Origin: the human T2T-CHM13v2.0 reference genome, Homo sapiens
NCBI RefSeq assembly: GCF_009914755.1
Contig: NC_060940.1
DNA: 64,000 nucleotides
Strand: one strand, 5' to 3'
A program made the translations under genes and the position numbers. This document shows, one piece after another, positions 53,301 to 64,000 of this stretch (its first letter is position 1; each line of letters opens with the position of its first letter). The notes under the pieces were generated by a model. That model was not told the origin of the DNA and did no database searches. It worked only from the letters and a program-made list of their open reading frames with translations.

Positions 53301-53842
53301 GTTGTGTGTTTTGTTCTGCTTATTTATATTAATAGGCAATTAATTTGGTTGGATTGGAACTGCAAACCCTTTTGGACGTCATTTTAATATTAGGTCAGTT
53401 TCTTCATCCTTAGCTGTGCTGCTTGGAATCTACCTCACAAATGCAGGTTTCAGAGATCAGAATTTGTTCCTTGCCTCTGACTTGCTCTTTCCTGGGATTC
53501 CCTTCCCTCACTGTCAGTAGTTCAGTAGTTATGGTTACCCAGAACTCTGTTCTCTGTTTTGTTGTTGTTGTTGTTGTTCAGAACGGAAAGATACTTGGTG
53601 TTCTATTTTAGCCCCTCCATGAGGCACTGATTTTGACCTGTGCCCAGGCTAAATCTCATTTAAAAGAGGAAACGCCCTCCAATTATTTCCTGTTTTAGGT
53701 GTTCACTGCACTCCACAATGTGTCAGTAATGTTTAGCTCTCCAGTAGTTTGAGTTGTTTTTTCTATTTTCATTCAGAGTTCATAGTCTAAACATAGGAAT
53801 GTTGGTTTGGTAGGAGCTTACTTGGCCACTTCAGAGGTGCAG
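50380..53842 (-). mobile_element. L1ME (ME2-like 3' end through a 5'-end fragment), interrupted by THE1A
   Basis: ttcaaatacataaaaaagttgaa...gattctacaatt 3' end; gagattcatccat, aagtggttgcatcatt, ttattggccattt; 5'-end-like ttggtttggtaggagcttac. Confidence 0.75.
52770..53124 (-). mobile_element. THE1A solo LTR
   Basis: gactgggaagaaaa, cctgataaacccatcag and ttcaagttgagatt THE1A-type features; TG...CA ends. Confidence 0.95.
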
Positions 53843-56800
53843 TTTTCACACACAAATTAAAGTTATTTTCTCAATGAAGAATCAGTGATTCTTAAACTCC
53901 TTAAACTACTCAAGCTTTTCCTTTTTAGATTGTATACTCCTTAAATTTCTTTAATCTTCTATTTTTAATTGATTCCATATTTAGGCTTCTTGATATTTTC
54001 CTGAACTGTGTCCTTATATAAACTTTCCTCCAAGTGATTCATTTATTCATACATTCCTTCATTCAGAAGTTCTGTGCTGAAGATAATGTCTTCTTTTAGA
54101 ATAGGCCTTTTGAGTTCTTATTTAACTCTGTTCAAAAGTGTATCTGTGGATTTCCTGTTGAATTCAAACATCTGATAACCAAATTTTCTCTATAATAAGA
54201 GTAAATTAACAGTAAACCATCATAAAATAACGATTTCTGCATAAGAATTTCTATGGCTTTGGAGACAGAGAAAATGAAAGGAAGGGAGAGAGAGAAGAAG
54301 AGAGGGGGAGAAAAAGAGATTAGTTTCTTTGGATTTCAAACTTTAACCTATCTCTGGTGCCTGAATTATGATAACTTTTAATTTGCTCCACAATTTTGTT
54401 TTAAGTACCTAAATGTACTTAAAACTAATGCTTTATTTTACGTAGGCTTTGCAATCATAACCCCTGCTTCTCCATCCACCACCACTTTAGAAACTATTAA
54501 ATGTAAATTCTCCAAATTTGATAATTGTCTGACTTAATTGAAGATATTTAATGATTCACCCCATAAGTGTGTTTTAAGAAATGCCTGAATTAGCTGGAAA
54601 GAGATGATGCTTACTGATGGGCAGTCTGTGAGTGCCCAGTGTAGGACCTGCTATCAGGTTGCTCTCTTGCCAGGAGACTACTATTATTCCAGGCAAAATC
54701 TGGAAAACTATGCCACCCTTTAAATTGATCTGAATTAGGGTTAAACTAACTATAACCTATAGCATTCAGATGAAAGCAGCAGCCTATGTTTTACAGAACA
54801 GAAAAGAGGAGATGTTTCTAGATGGAAAAAAGTAGAAATATTCCACTTTTTACTGGATGGAATACCATTGCAAAGACTATTGTAAATTGAAACAAAAGCA
54901 AACAAAATTAATGAAACAATAGACACAACCCTTGCTTTTTAAGTCTGAAAGTTTGAAATGGTAGGATAGACTAAGAGTATTCCATATTTGGAGATAAAAA
55001 CAGATTCAGGTGAAAAAAAAAAAGAAGAGAAACATTTAAGCAAAGTTCAGTTCCTCCAAAATTGGCTTTGGAACACATCAAGAAATTGAAACATAGTGTT
55101 GATTGCAAGGACTGAAGAAAGTAATCCAGACCACGGGAGAAATATTTCAATTAGCGGTGCATGCTAAGAAGTTCACAAAGTTATTTTATTAGATGTTGAA
55201 AACTGATACTAGAATGGTATTAGATACAGTATTTGCATTGTTCCTGTGTGTATGTGTGTGTATATGTTCATGCACACATATGTAAACTGTTCAAGCTTAT
55301 ATTTAATCAATTATAGTTAGTGTCTGGGATATGACTTCAGTCTTTCTCAAAAAAAAAAAATAGTGCTTGCTGATTTAGACAATCCCAAGTATATTTCATA
55401 TAATGTTAATGCCATGTGTCACACATGTACATGTGCATGAACACACACAGTGCTGAAATAATTGATAATTATCTTTGAGAAATGATGCATATTTTATTAG
55501 CTTTTTAGAGATTTGCAATGTCCAAGGATATATGAAAAGTACTGAGAACTCTTGCATCATGCAAAGTTGTTGGGAGTTGTTTAACCTTATTTATTTAGCT
55601 TAATACTTCCTCCTTTCTATCTACATAATGTCTATTAATGAAGAAACAACCTCTTGGACGCTTCTTAGGAGCATAGATACAAAAAGATTTAAAAAGTTAT
55701 GTCTAGATTTAATGTATCCCAGCTGACTATATCATTCAAGACTCTAGTGGCCAAAGATGATAAGCCAGGTAAATATTAGGTAAAGATTGGCTTGCAACTT
55801 CATAAACTCAAGTTGATGCATCATTTCTGACAATCTTAGAGGAGCTAAAAATGAATTTGAATATTCAAAGTAATCTCTTAGGAAAAAAAAATAGGTAATT
55901 CCCTTTATGGGGAAAAATCAATGGTTTCAAAAATCTTCTCCCTCTCTGCAAGTCCAATTCATGGACAAAGTTGTCCTTAATCTTTTTAGCACCACCATTC
56001 ACATTTCCATCTCTACCTGCCTTGGCCAAATTTTCACACACCTCTCTAAAAGCCTAGTGTGTGTTGGCACTTGATTTCCATTACCCTATTCCTCATTTCC
56101 TAAATGTATTCTTTTCTCTTCTCTCCCTGAAAATGCATATCAACTTGTTTCTTAAATTTTGTCTGTCACTGGCTGTTTGACCCATTTCCACTTGTATACA
56201 TATGCACTGAGTTAAACATATAAGAGTTTCTAGAGTCTTTTGGCTGGCAGAGGAAAGACAGAGAGGTGGAAGGAGGGTAGGGAGAGGTTGTGATCATTCA
56301 GCTATTTACCTCCTCATCAAAAAAGCTTCAAACATTTTTTAAAAATCATGTTCTGAATTATGACAGAATGCTAGTATGTTGTTCAATTTGTGTTAGAATC
56401 GTAAAGAAAAATTTGTTGTTTTAATTGTTTAAAAGGAGAAATCTAAAATCCAAATAATTATTGTTATATGTCTAATTGTGATAGACTCATCTTCAAAGTA
56501 AGGAACACATGCATGTTTCAGCCACATGAAACTCGTTAAGCCGCAACTACAGAGAACACAGATTGCATTGAATAACTTTAATCCAAGCAACCCTAAAGGG
56601 CTGGGTATTGAATATACATGTTTTTGACAAGTGTTATGCTGGTGATCAGAAGTTCCAAATAACAGGCCACTCTAATCTCTGATCAATTTGATTTTCAATC
56701 AATGGGTGAAAGTCAATAGTTAATGAGGCATGGTTTGCCTTAATTGGATATTGAGAATTTCATTTGAACTCTGCTATAATAAATCCATATTTCCCTAAGG

Positions 56801-57559
56801 GTGAAAATATATTTTCATTATACAGATGTTGTTATGTTTTTTAGCCTTCAGAAAGAAAGAATATTGCTTTCAATATTGGTGGAAGCTTGTGGATCTTTCA
56901 TATTTGATCATAAATACATGCAATGAATTATTTTCTACTTTATAAAGAACACATGGAGAATGCGTATATATGTGTTTGCATGTGCACATATGTGCATGTG
57001 CATTATCATGTTTATTTTAAAATATCATTACACTGCCTTGTACCACCTGATTTCATGGGAGTGCACATTGGTGTAGATCTTTATAATCAGGCAGTGGCAA
57101 AGAGATGAACATAATCCATATGATCAGAATTGGATTCATCTTTATCTTTTTCCTTTATTAACTCTCAGTGTCATTCTGTGATGTCCCATATAAAGAAATT
57201 TAAAAAAAAAGACCTTGAAACATAGTACTTCAAGAAAGTAACATTAATTGTGACACCATACATCAAGGCTCTATTCATTTTGGGAGATAATTTTAAAAAT
57301 AATTTTCTTATTATGGTAACATAATAATTAAAGTGGCAAATAATATTATTTGGGATGATCTTTCTGGAGTACCTCACATTGTGTCACTTCCTTCCTAGGA
57401 TCTACTGTGCTTCCACTCACCCTTATGTGCCGCTAGTGACTATCAAGATTGTAAAGGAGAAGAAAAATAATAAAGAAATTGTTAGTGCTGTTCTGGGTTT
57501 TGGGGGTAAGGAGATACAAATCAGCAAGTTGTCCTAAAGTTAAGGTCATTCTTTGTTAG

Positions 57560-57946
57560 TGCCATAGTCTGTTCAGGCTGTTAGAACAAAAGTACCACAG
57601 ACTGGGTGATCCTTACACAACAAACATTTTTGTTTTCTTTTTTCACACAGTCCTGGACACTGAGAAGTCTAAGATCAGGACATGTGCAGATTCAGTATCT
57701 GGTAAGGGCTTCCTTTGGGGTTGTAGACTGTCATCTTCTTGCTGGGTCTTCACATGATGGAAGAAGCCAGGAGGGGTCTCTGGAGCCTCATTTATAAGAA
57801 CACTAATCCCATTAATGATTCATGAGGGGTTTACCCTCATGACTTAATTTCCTCCTAAACGCCCAACCTCCAGATACCATTATATTGAAGGTTAGCATTT
57901 CAGTATATGAATCTGGGGCAGGGGGCACAATATTTAGTCTGTAATA
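57560..57946 (-). mobile_element. MLT1A-type LTR
   Basis: tagtctgttcaggctg...taccacagactgggtg...cactaatcccatt...atttagtctgtaata; TSD GTTAG/GTCAG. Confidence 0.9.
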
Positions 57947-57984
57947 GTCAGGAAAGAAAACCCTTCTATGCCTCTTATTAGACA

Positions 57985-58140
57985 TGTAACCTCAGGCTAC
58001 TTATGGAGCCTTTCTGTGTCTGGGACTTTTCACCTATCAAATTAGGATAAGATGCAAACCTGTTATTTTTGGAGAGAATCAAAGGAAGACAAATACGTGA
58101 ATATACTAGAAATACTACCTGAACATAGTAGGCACAATTA
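57985..58140 (+). mobile_element. MIR
   Basis: tgtaacctcaggctac...tcacctatcaaattaggataa...acatagtaggcac. Confidence 0.6.
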
Positions 58141-59414
58141 TCATTGTTGTTGTTATTATTACTAATACTGGGAGTTTTTTTGGTATTGCATATCCTATTC
58201 AGAGATTTGTATAAGTTAAATAAATCATCACCATACACCAAAAATTCCTGATGAAATGTGGGAGTGATCTTTGTGTGGATGTGAAAAAAAATCTACTGTT
58301 CATGGACACTGACTGACCTCCAGAACTTATGCTCTTTCTTTGCACTCATAACCTTGGTGATATAAATAATTCAGTATAATCAATAAAATACATTAAATTT
58401 TGTATGTTAAAATAGCCCTTAATCCTTTTTAATCTTGAGCCATCCCTTGAATATATTTGTGTCTAACTTTATTTTACAATGGTATGTGTTGAAACACGTA
58501 CATTTTATCATTTAAAATTCCACTAAATCTTGACCTTCATTACTCGCATAAAATTAACCTTTGAATAGCAAATTACAGAGACATCTGGAAGGATGAAATA
58601 GTAATACTTAGTAAAAAGTACGAATTACATAGTATACAACATATTTTGGAAGAGCTAAAATTGCTAAAAGCTACATATTTAATTATGCATGACCCGAATA
58701 CTTTTGGAACAAATTTAATGTGTTCAAATAAGCAGTGTTTCAAAGGGCACTTTGGAACAGAAATGTAAACCGATATTCCCTTTTGCTACTTATTTTCTTA
58801 TTCAATAGAACTTTACTTCTGAAAAAGAACATGAAAAAGATCCACTTAGTAGGTCACTGTTATTAGAAAAAAATGCAAATGAACAACTAAACCTCACTGC
58901 ACAAATCAAGCTGCCTACTCTCCTGGGCATTATTTAGTGCTTAGTTTAATATTTTCCCAACATTTTAAGAGTTTTTGCAATTAAATATTAATACTTTTCT
59001 CAAAAAGAAAGAGAGATTTATTATCCTAAAGAGATGGTAGAAGGGAGGGATAGTGATCTGCATCAGCAGTTAGAATGAGGAACTGAAGAGAATGCTTCAT
59101 TAAGGAAAACATGCTGAGCCTCCTTTCTCTCATACACCAAAAAGTCACAGGCTTATGTTTAACTATGTGGTGGAATTAAATAAAAAGTCAATATAGTCTC
59201 CAAATGACTGAGTTGACTGGGCCAGGAATTCTCTAATCATAGTATCGAGCCATTACAAGGTTGTGGACACATTACAGCATTGAAATATTCTGTCTAGATT
59301 TACAAAAGAAACAAACAAACAAAACCCTACAGACTAGGCATCTTTGCGTTTCAACTTGCCAACTATATAGAGATGCTCACATAAGAAGGCTACTGACTTC
59401 ACTTCAATACCTAC

Positions 59415-59880
59415 TGTATTGGATTCCATGGTCTTCCCTGCATACGTGCTCCTCCAAGACTGCAACAATGACTCCTGGGGCTGCTGAGATGAGTGTTGAC
59501 AGTCGACAAATCTCAGCTAACTCCCTTTTTTTTTTTTTTTTGGCGGGGGGGATGCAACCCCAGTGGAATTAAGCTGCCTTGACAAAGTCATGCCTTCTTT
59601 CTGACAGCATCCTGCATCAATTTACTGGTCTATGTGGGGTCTAAAGGCCTGGCACCCATAACCTGATTCAAGACATTTTTGGAAATCCATTTCAGCTCCA
59701 GAGGGCCCTGTAAAAAACTTCAGGAAAATGCTATCACTGCATTTCAGTTTACATTTCTCTTTGTTCAATCATGTTTTATTACTTCCTCAACCATGTTGAT
59801 CCTGAAAACACTCCTCAATAAACTTATTGCATTAAAATATCCATCTAAGAGTCAACTTCTTGAAGAACTCAGTGTGTAAT
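59415..59880 (+). mobile_element. LTR16-type ERVL LTR
   Basis: gggtctaaaggcctggc...tcagctccagag...gttgatcctgaaaacactcctcaataaac...catctaagagtc. Confidence 0.75.
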
Positions 59881-60059
59881 ATTTACTATTAATATCACGT
59901 AACTCTGTGATTTTGAACACGAGGCTCTTATTTGCAACAGTTGCATAACTGTTCTCTGCCCATGGTGTCTGAATATACACAGCATGGCTCTCTTCATTGG
60001 AACTTGCTATGATTTCCTAAGGTCTCTAAGGTTAAGCTGCTTTGTATCTATAGTTTGCA

Positions 60060-60430
60060 TCTACATAGGTTAGCCTACTCTGCAAAACAAAGAATCCTCA
60101 AATCTCTGTGGCTTAAGAGTGTAACATTTAATTGAACAATTAATCTTTTTATTTTTATTTTTTCAGAATAGAGATATGCTTTTCTGTCACTCTCCTCAAA
60201 CTGTGTATTCAATTATCTAGGGTGACTCCATCTTGTAGTTAGTATTTTCTTTAATGTGGAGCTTCCAAGGTTACTGAGACAGAGGAGGAAAAGAGATGGA
60301 GAAGACAAGTTTTCTCTAAATAGTCTTTGTCCCAGTGTGACTTGAATTATTTCTGGTTGCATTGCATGAATCAGAGCTGGTTGCATGGCTCTAACCCAAC
60401 TGCATGGGAAGCTGGAAAATACTCATGGAT
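60060..60430 (-). mobile_element. Old MLT1 (J/K/L) LTR
   Basis: ctcaaatctctgtggcttaa...ctccatctt...catggctctaacccaactgcatgggaagctggaaaat. Confidence 0.7.
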
Positions 60431-61779
60431 AACTGGCATGCTATAAGTAAGTATAAAATTTCCATCCAGTAGCTACAAAATTTCCCCCAGCCACAGTTGC
60501 CCAAGTGAAATTTGGCTCTGCCAGTTCATCACATGTTGGGTGAGACATGCCAAACATAATCTCTAAATGGGTAAAATTGTTTGAATTTTTTTCTTTTTCT
60601 ATGATATGTGCAAATGATGAAAAAGTCACTTTATTTTACTTATAAAAATAATCAATTAAGTCTCTGAACTTCAGTATCTTCATCTGTCATATAAAATACA
60701 AGTCCTGTCCATCAGCTAGTATTTTGATAGAAAGCTCTCCATAAATATTAATATTGATGATTTTAGTTAGACGTTGTACCCTTTTTATCTAGGGCATGAC
60801 TTTGCTCTTGTTTATTATTTTTAATATTCCAACCTGGAAAAAAGATGTCAGAGGGCAATCATTGACAAAACACCATAGAACGAGATTTAAAACATGATTT
60901 GGAAAGAAATGACTTATATATGTATCAGGTTTCTGGCAATTTGCCTTTAATATGGAAAGATGTTGGCTTTAAGGAATGCCGCCTAAGTTTTCAAGGAAGC
61001 TCACTTGTTTGGGTGAGGAGGAACTTTCCAAGAAAAACAGTTTCTGATCTGTCCTAGAGATCAGCCTTTAAATATTGCCAGTCTTGGTTCCCATTCCCCA
61101 CCCAAGCCAAAATCTTGCTTTGTCATTCATAAACAGTTTAACTTAGGTCAAGTTCCGTCATTTCTCAGGGCATCAATTGTCTTATTTGTGAATATTACAT
61201 GAGACAATCACAGTTACTAGTACATAATGACCAGATATAGCCAGATTCCTGGATAACAACTTTCCCTCTGCCATATCCAGCCTTCTCTAATCTAAGTTCA
61301 CTGAGTGCCCAACCTCAAAACTACAATTGCAACTCATGCATAGTAGTAGTATGTCTACGAATACTCAAACTCAAAGGCTTAGTGTGCTCCATACCCAAGG
61401 GTTAATATGGTTCTCTCCTATATTTGTAATGTAGTGGGATTAAGTAAATATTATTCATATCCTTATCAAATTGTTACCCAAGCCTTCTTTGGGGTCAAAC
61501 TACCTTAGGTTCCCAAAAATTAACCATTTAATCCCCTAATGTGTTTTCCCTTTTTCTTTCCACAGTTGGAGCAACCCATAGGTTGTAATTTCTGGCAGAT
61601 GTATTATTATTTCCCTTTCTACCTTCTAAGACTCCCTTATGTAACTTAAGTCTGTACTCTACCTTTTCCAAAAAGCTAACATCTATGTCATCTGTTTTCT
61701 TTATAGAAAATCAGAACCCTAACTGTGCCTAATTCCAAAACATTTAGCTATAGTCCTAGTCACAATCTTAGCTTGCAAC

Positions 61780-62757
61780 CTGATCCATTAGGCATCTCTC
61801 AGTTCTGGTAAGAAAGAGCCTCATTCTTAACTTCCAGACTTATTTGTTAATGCCCATTGGAGATATACCCTCATTGGGCATGCTTAAACACGGTTGATCA
61901 AAAAAGAAATTAGTCATCGTTTCCCCTATACTTTTTGTTTCTCATCTCAGAGCATAGCTCCACCATCTAGTAATTTACCCAATACAGAGACCTGTATGTC
62001 TTTTTTGAGCCTTTCCTTTCCCTTAGCCCACACATTCTCCACCATAAAACTGTTATTCTGACTTGCTGATTTCAAATTTTGTTTCTTCCCAGCCTAACTA
62101 GCAGTTAACTAGCAGATAACTGTAATCTGTCACCTTCATCCTATAACTACTGCAAATCTGAATAACTGATTATCTAGGCTCCCCTCACTCTCATCCATTG
62201 GACACAATACACCCAGCCAGAGTCTTAAAATTCTATGCCTATTATTTCTTCTTCAGTGGCTTCCTACCGTCCTTAGGAGAAAATTTAACCTTCTTAATAT
62301 AACATACATTGTCTTCCATGGTCTTGAATTGGTTTACCTATCAAACCACTTAATGTTCTCTCTCACTGATTCTTCCCCAGCCACAATGTACTCATTTACT
62401 CCTAAAACATGCCCTGTTCTTGCTCACCTGAAAACTTTCACAAACATTCTCTTATTTGCCTCTTGCCCGACTTTTGGTTACTATTCTAGTGTCTGTCTAC
62501 AATTTCCTTTTTCAAAATTTCTCTCCAAATGGGTAGGATACTTGGTTCTGCTATAAATTTCTAGGGTATTCTGTTATTTCATTTTGATAGCCTTTATTAT
62601 ATTTAAAAACTAATCCTCATTCAATTTTCTGCCTTTCCTGCTTGTCTACAAGTGGTAGGATGGCAGACTTTACACTTGTCATGCTCACTACACGAACACA
62701 CATGAACACAGTATTTGGCATATGGTAGGTGCTTACTCAGTTACTGTTGAATTAGCA
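61780..62757 (+). mobile_element. L2
   Basis: ttccagacttattt...cagtggcttcctaccgtccttaggagaaaattt...tatggtaggtgcttactcagttactgttgaat. Confidence 0.8.
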
Positions 62758-62834
62758 GATGCCACAAATACACACTATACATTCCCTCATGGAGACTGCT
62801 CACTTCTATGGCAAGACATCAGAACTCCTGAACC

Positions 62835-63075
62835 ACATAACACAAAGCAGTATTGCTTAAGTGTGAAAAAAATGAGCCTTCATGGCTCTATTGCTTACAA
62901 ACTTTATGACCTTAGGCAAGCCATTTGACTTCCTTCTTCATCTGAAAAAAGTAGTTTTAAAAATTACTTTACTGGATTTTTGTGAGCAATAGATTAAGAT
63001 CATCTATGTAAAGCGATTACCCCAGTGCCTCACACAGAGTAAACAACTGTTTTATGTCAACAATTATTATTATTT
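62835..63075 (+). mobile_element. MIR
   Basis: tgaccttaggcaagccatttgactt...ttcatctgaaaaa...tatgtaaagcg...cagtgcctcacacagagtaa. Confidence 0.75.
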
Positions 63076-63108
63076 TGGGATGAGGCTATAAGGTGCTATC
63101 TGTAGGGG

Positions 63109-63646
63109 TGTGATGGTTAACACTGAGTATCAATTTTATTGGATTGAAGGATGGAAAGTATTGTTCCTAGTTGTGTCTGCGAGGGCATTGCCAAAGGAAA
63201 TTAACGTTTGAGTCAGTGGACTGGGAGAGGGAGACCCACTCTCAGTCTGGTTGGGCACCATCTAATCAGCTGCCAGTGCAGCCAGAATAAAGCAGGCAGG
63301 ATAAGTTGAATAGAGATGTCCTGAGTCTTTCAGCTTTCATCTTTCTCCAGTGCTGGATGCTTCCTGCCCTCAAACACTAGATTCCAGGTTCTTCAGCTTT
63401 TGGACTATGGACTTACACCAGTGATTTGCCAGGGACTCTCAGGCCTTTGGCTACAGATTGAAGGCTATACTGTAGGCTTCCCTATTTTGAGGTTTTGGGA
63501 CCCAGACTGGCTTCCTTGCTCCTCAGCTTGCAGACAGGCTATTGTGAGACTTCACCTTGTGATTGTGAGTCAATAGTCCTTAACAAACCCCCCTTAATAT
63601 ATACATCTATCCTATTAGTTCTGTCCCTCTAGAGAACCCTAATACA
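63109..63646 (+). mobile_element. MLT2A (HERV-L) solo LTR
   Basis: tgtgatggttaacactgagt...cctattagttctgtccctctagagaaccctaataca; TSD AGGGG/GGGGG. Confidence 0.95.
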
Positions 63647-64000
63647 GGGGGTTGGGGGCAGGCTTAGCTGCTTCCATTTCATCCAAAAATGGTTATAAAA
63701 TCTTCAGTCCTTTCCCTTTTGTTTCCCATTGCCTTAATCATTTATGGGAATGATTCAATTACAGTTTCCAGTCAATGTACCTCATCTTAGTGCTTTTAAA
63801 AGTCCATTCAAGTTAAGCTTATTTAAGCAGTGAGGGAGGAAGTGATAGTCTTCTTTGCTGTTGACAGAACCTGACATGTGGCATGCCTGATTCATCAACT
63901 ACAGACAGCATTTAACTTATTTATGAGGTGCACAGTGCAAAATTTTCATTTTCAAGATTCTGCAGATTCTGAGATGGTGTTCAAGCTTTCTAGGGTTTTT

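Noticed and set aside
57820-57842. Hairpin TCATGAGGG...CCCTCATGA
   Set aside because: This is a standard internal feature of MLT1A/MST LTRs.

Overview
This is AT-rich primate (human-like) non-coding DNA, intronic or intergenic. I could not identify the locus. I found no supportable protein-coding exon, RNA gene or CRISPR array. The longer listed ORFs and those with recognisable similarity fall inside Alu, L1, THE1, HSMAR2 or simple repeats, and the rest look like chance frames. The window is a mosaic of transposable elements: 13 Alu/FLAM copies; several L1s (two 5'-inverted, one long nested L1MC, one L1ME, one 5'UTR+ORF1 piece); four THE1 LTRs (one with internal sequence); MLT1, MLT2A, LTR16 and other ERV LTRs; a two-ended HSMAR2 mariner carrying an Alu and an L1; and MER5, Tigger4, L2, MIR and L3 fossils. 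Family and subfamily calls come from recalled consensus sequences and need RepeatMasker/Dfam confirmation. The most unusual stretch is a ~660 bp degenerate 10-bp-period array with a 30-bp higher-order unit (15893-16580). It is built on CpG-decayed CCGG cores and starts with an Ac-like TAGGGAT. Other notable points are a ~120 bp locally templated duplication (22115/22914), a THE1 LTR carrying the hotspot 7-mer CCTCCCT, and an apparently prematurely polyadenylated L1. Nothing here can be firmly claimed as a new biological system.
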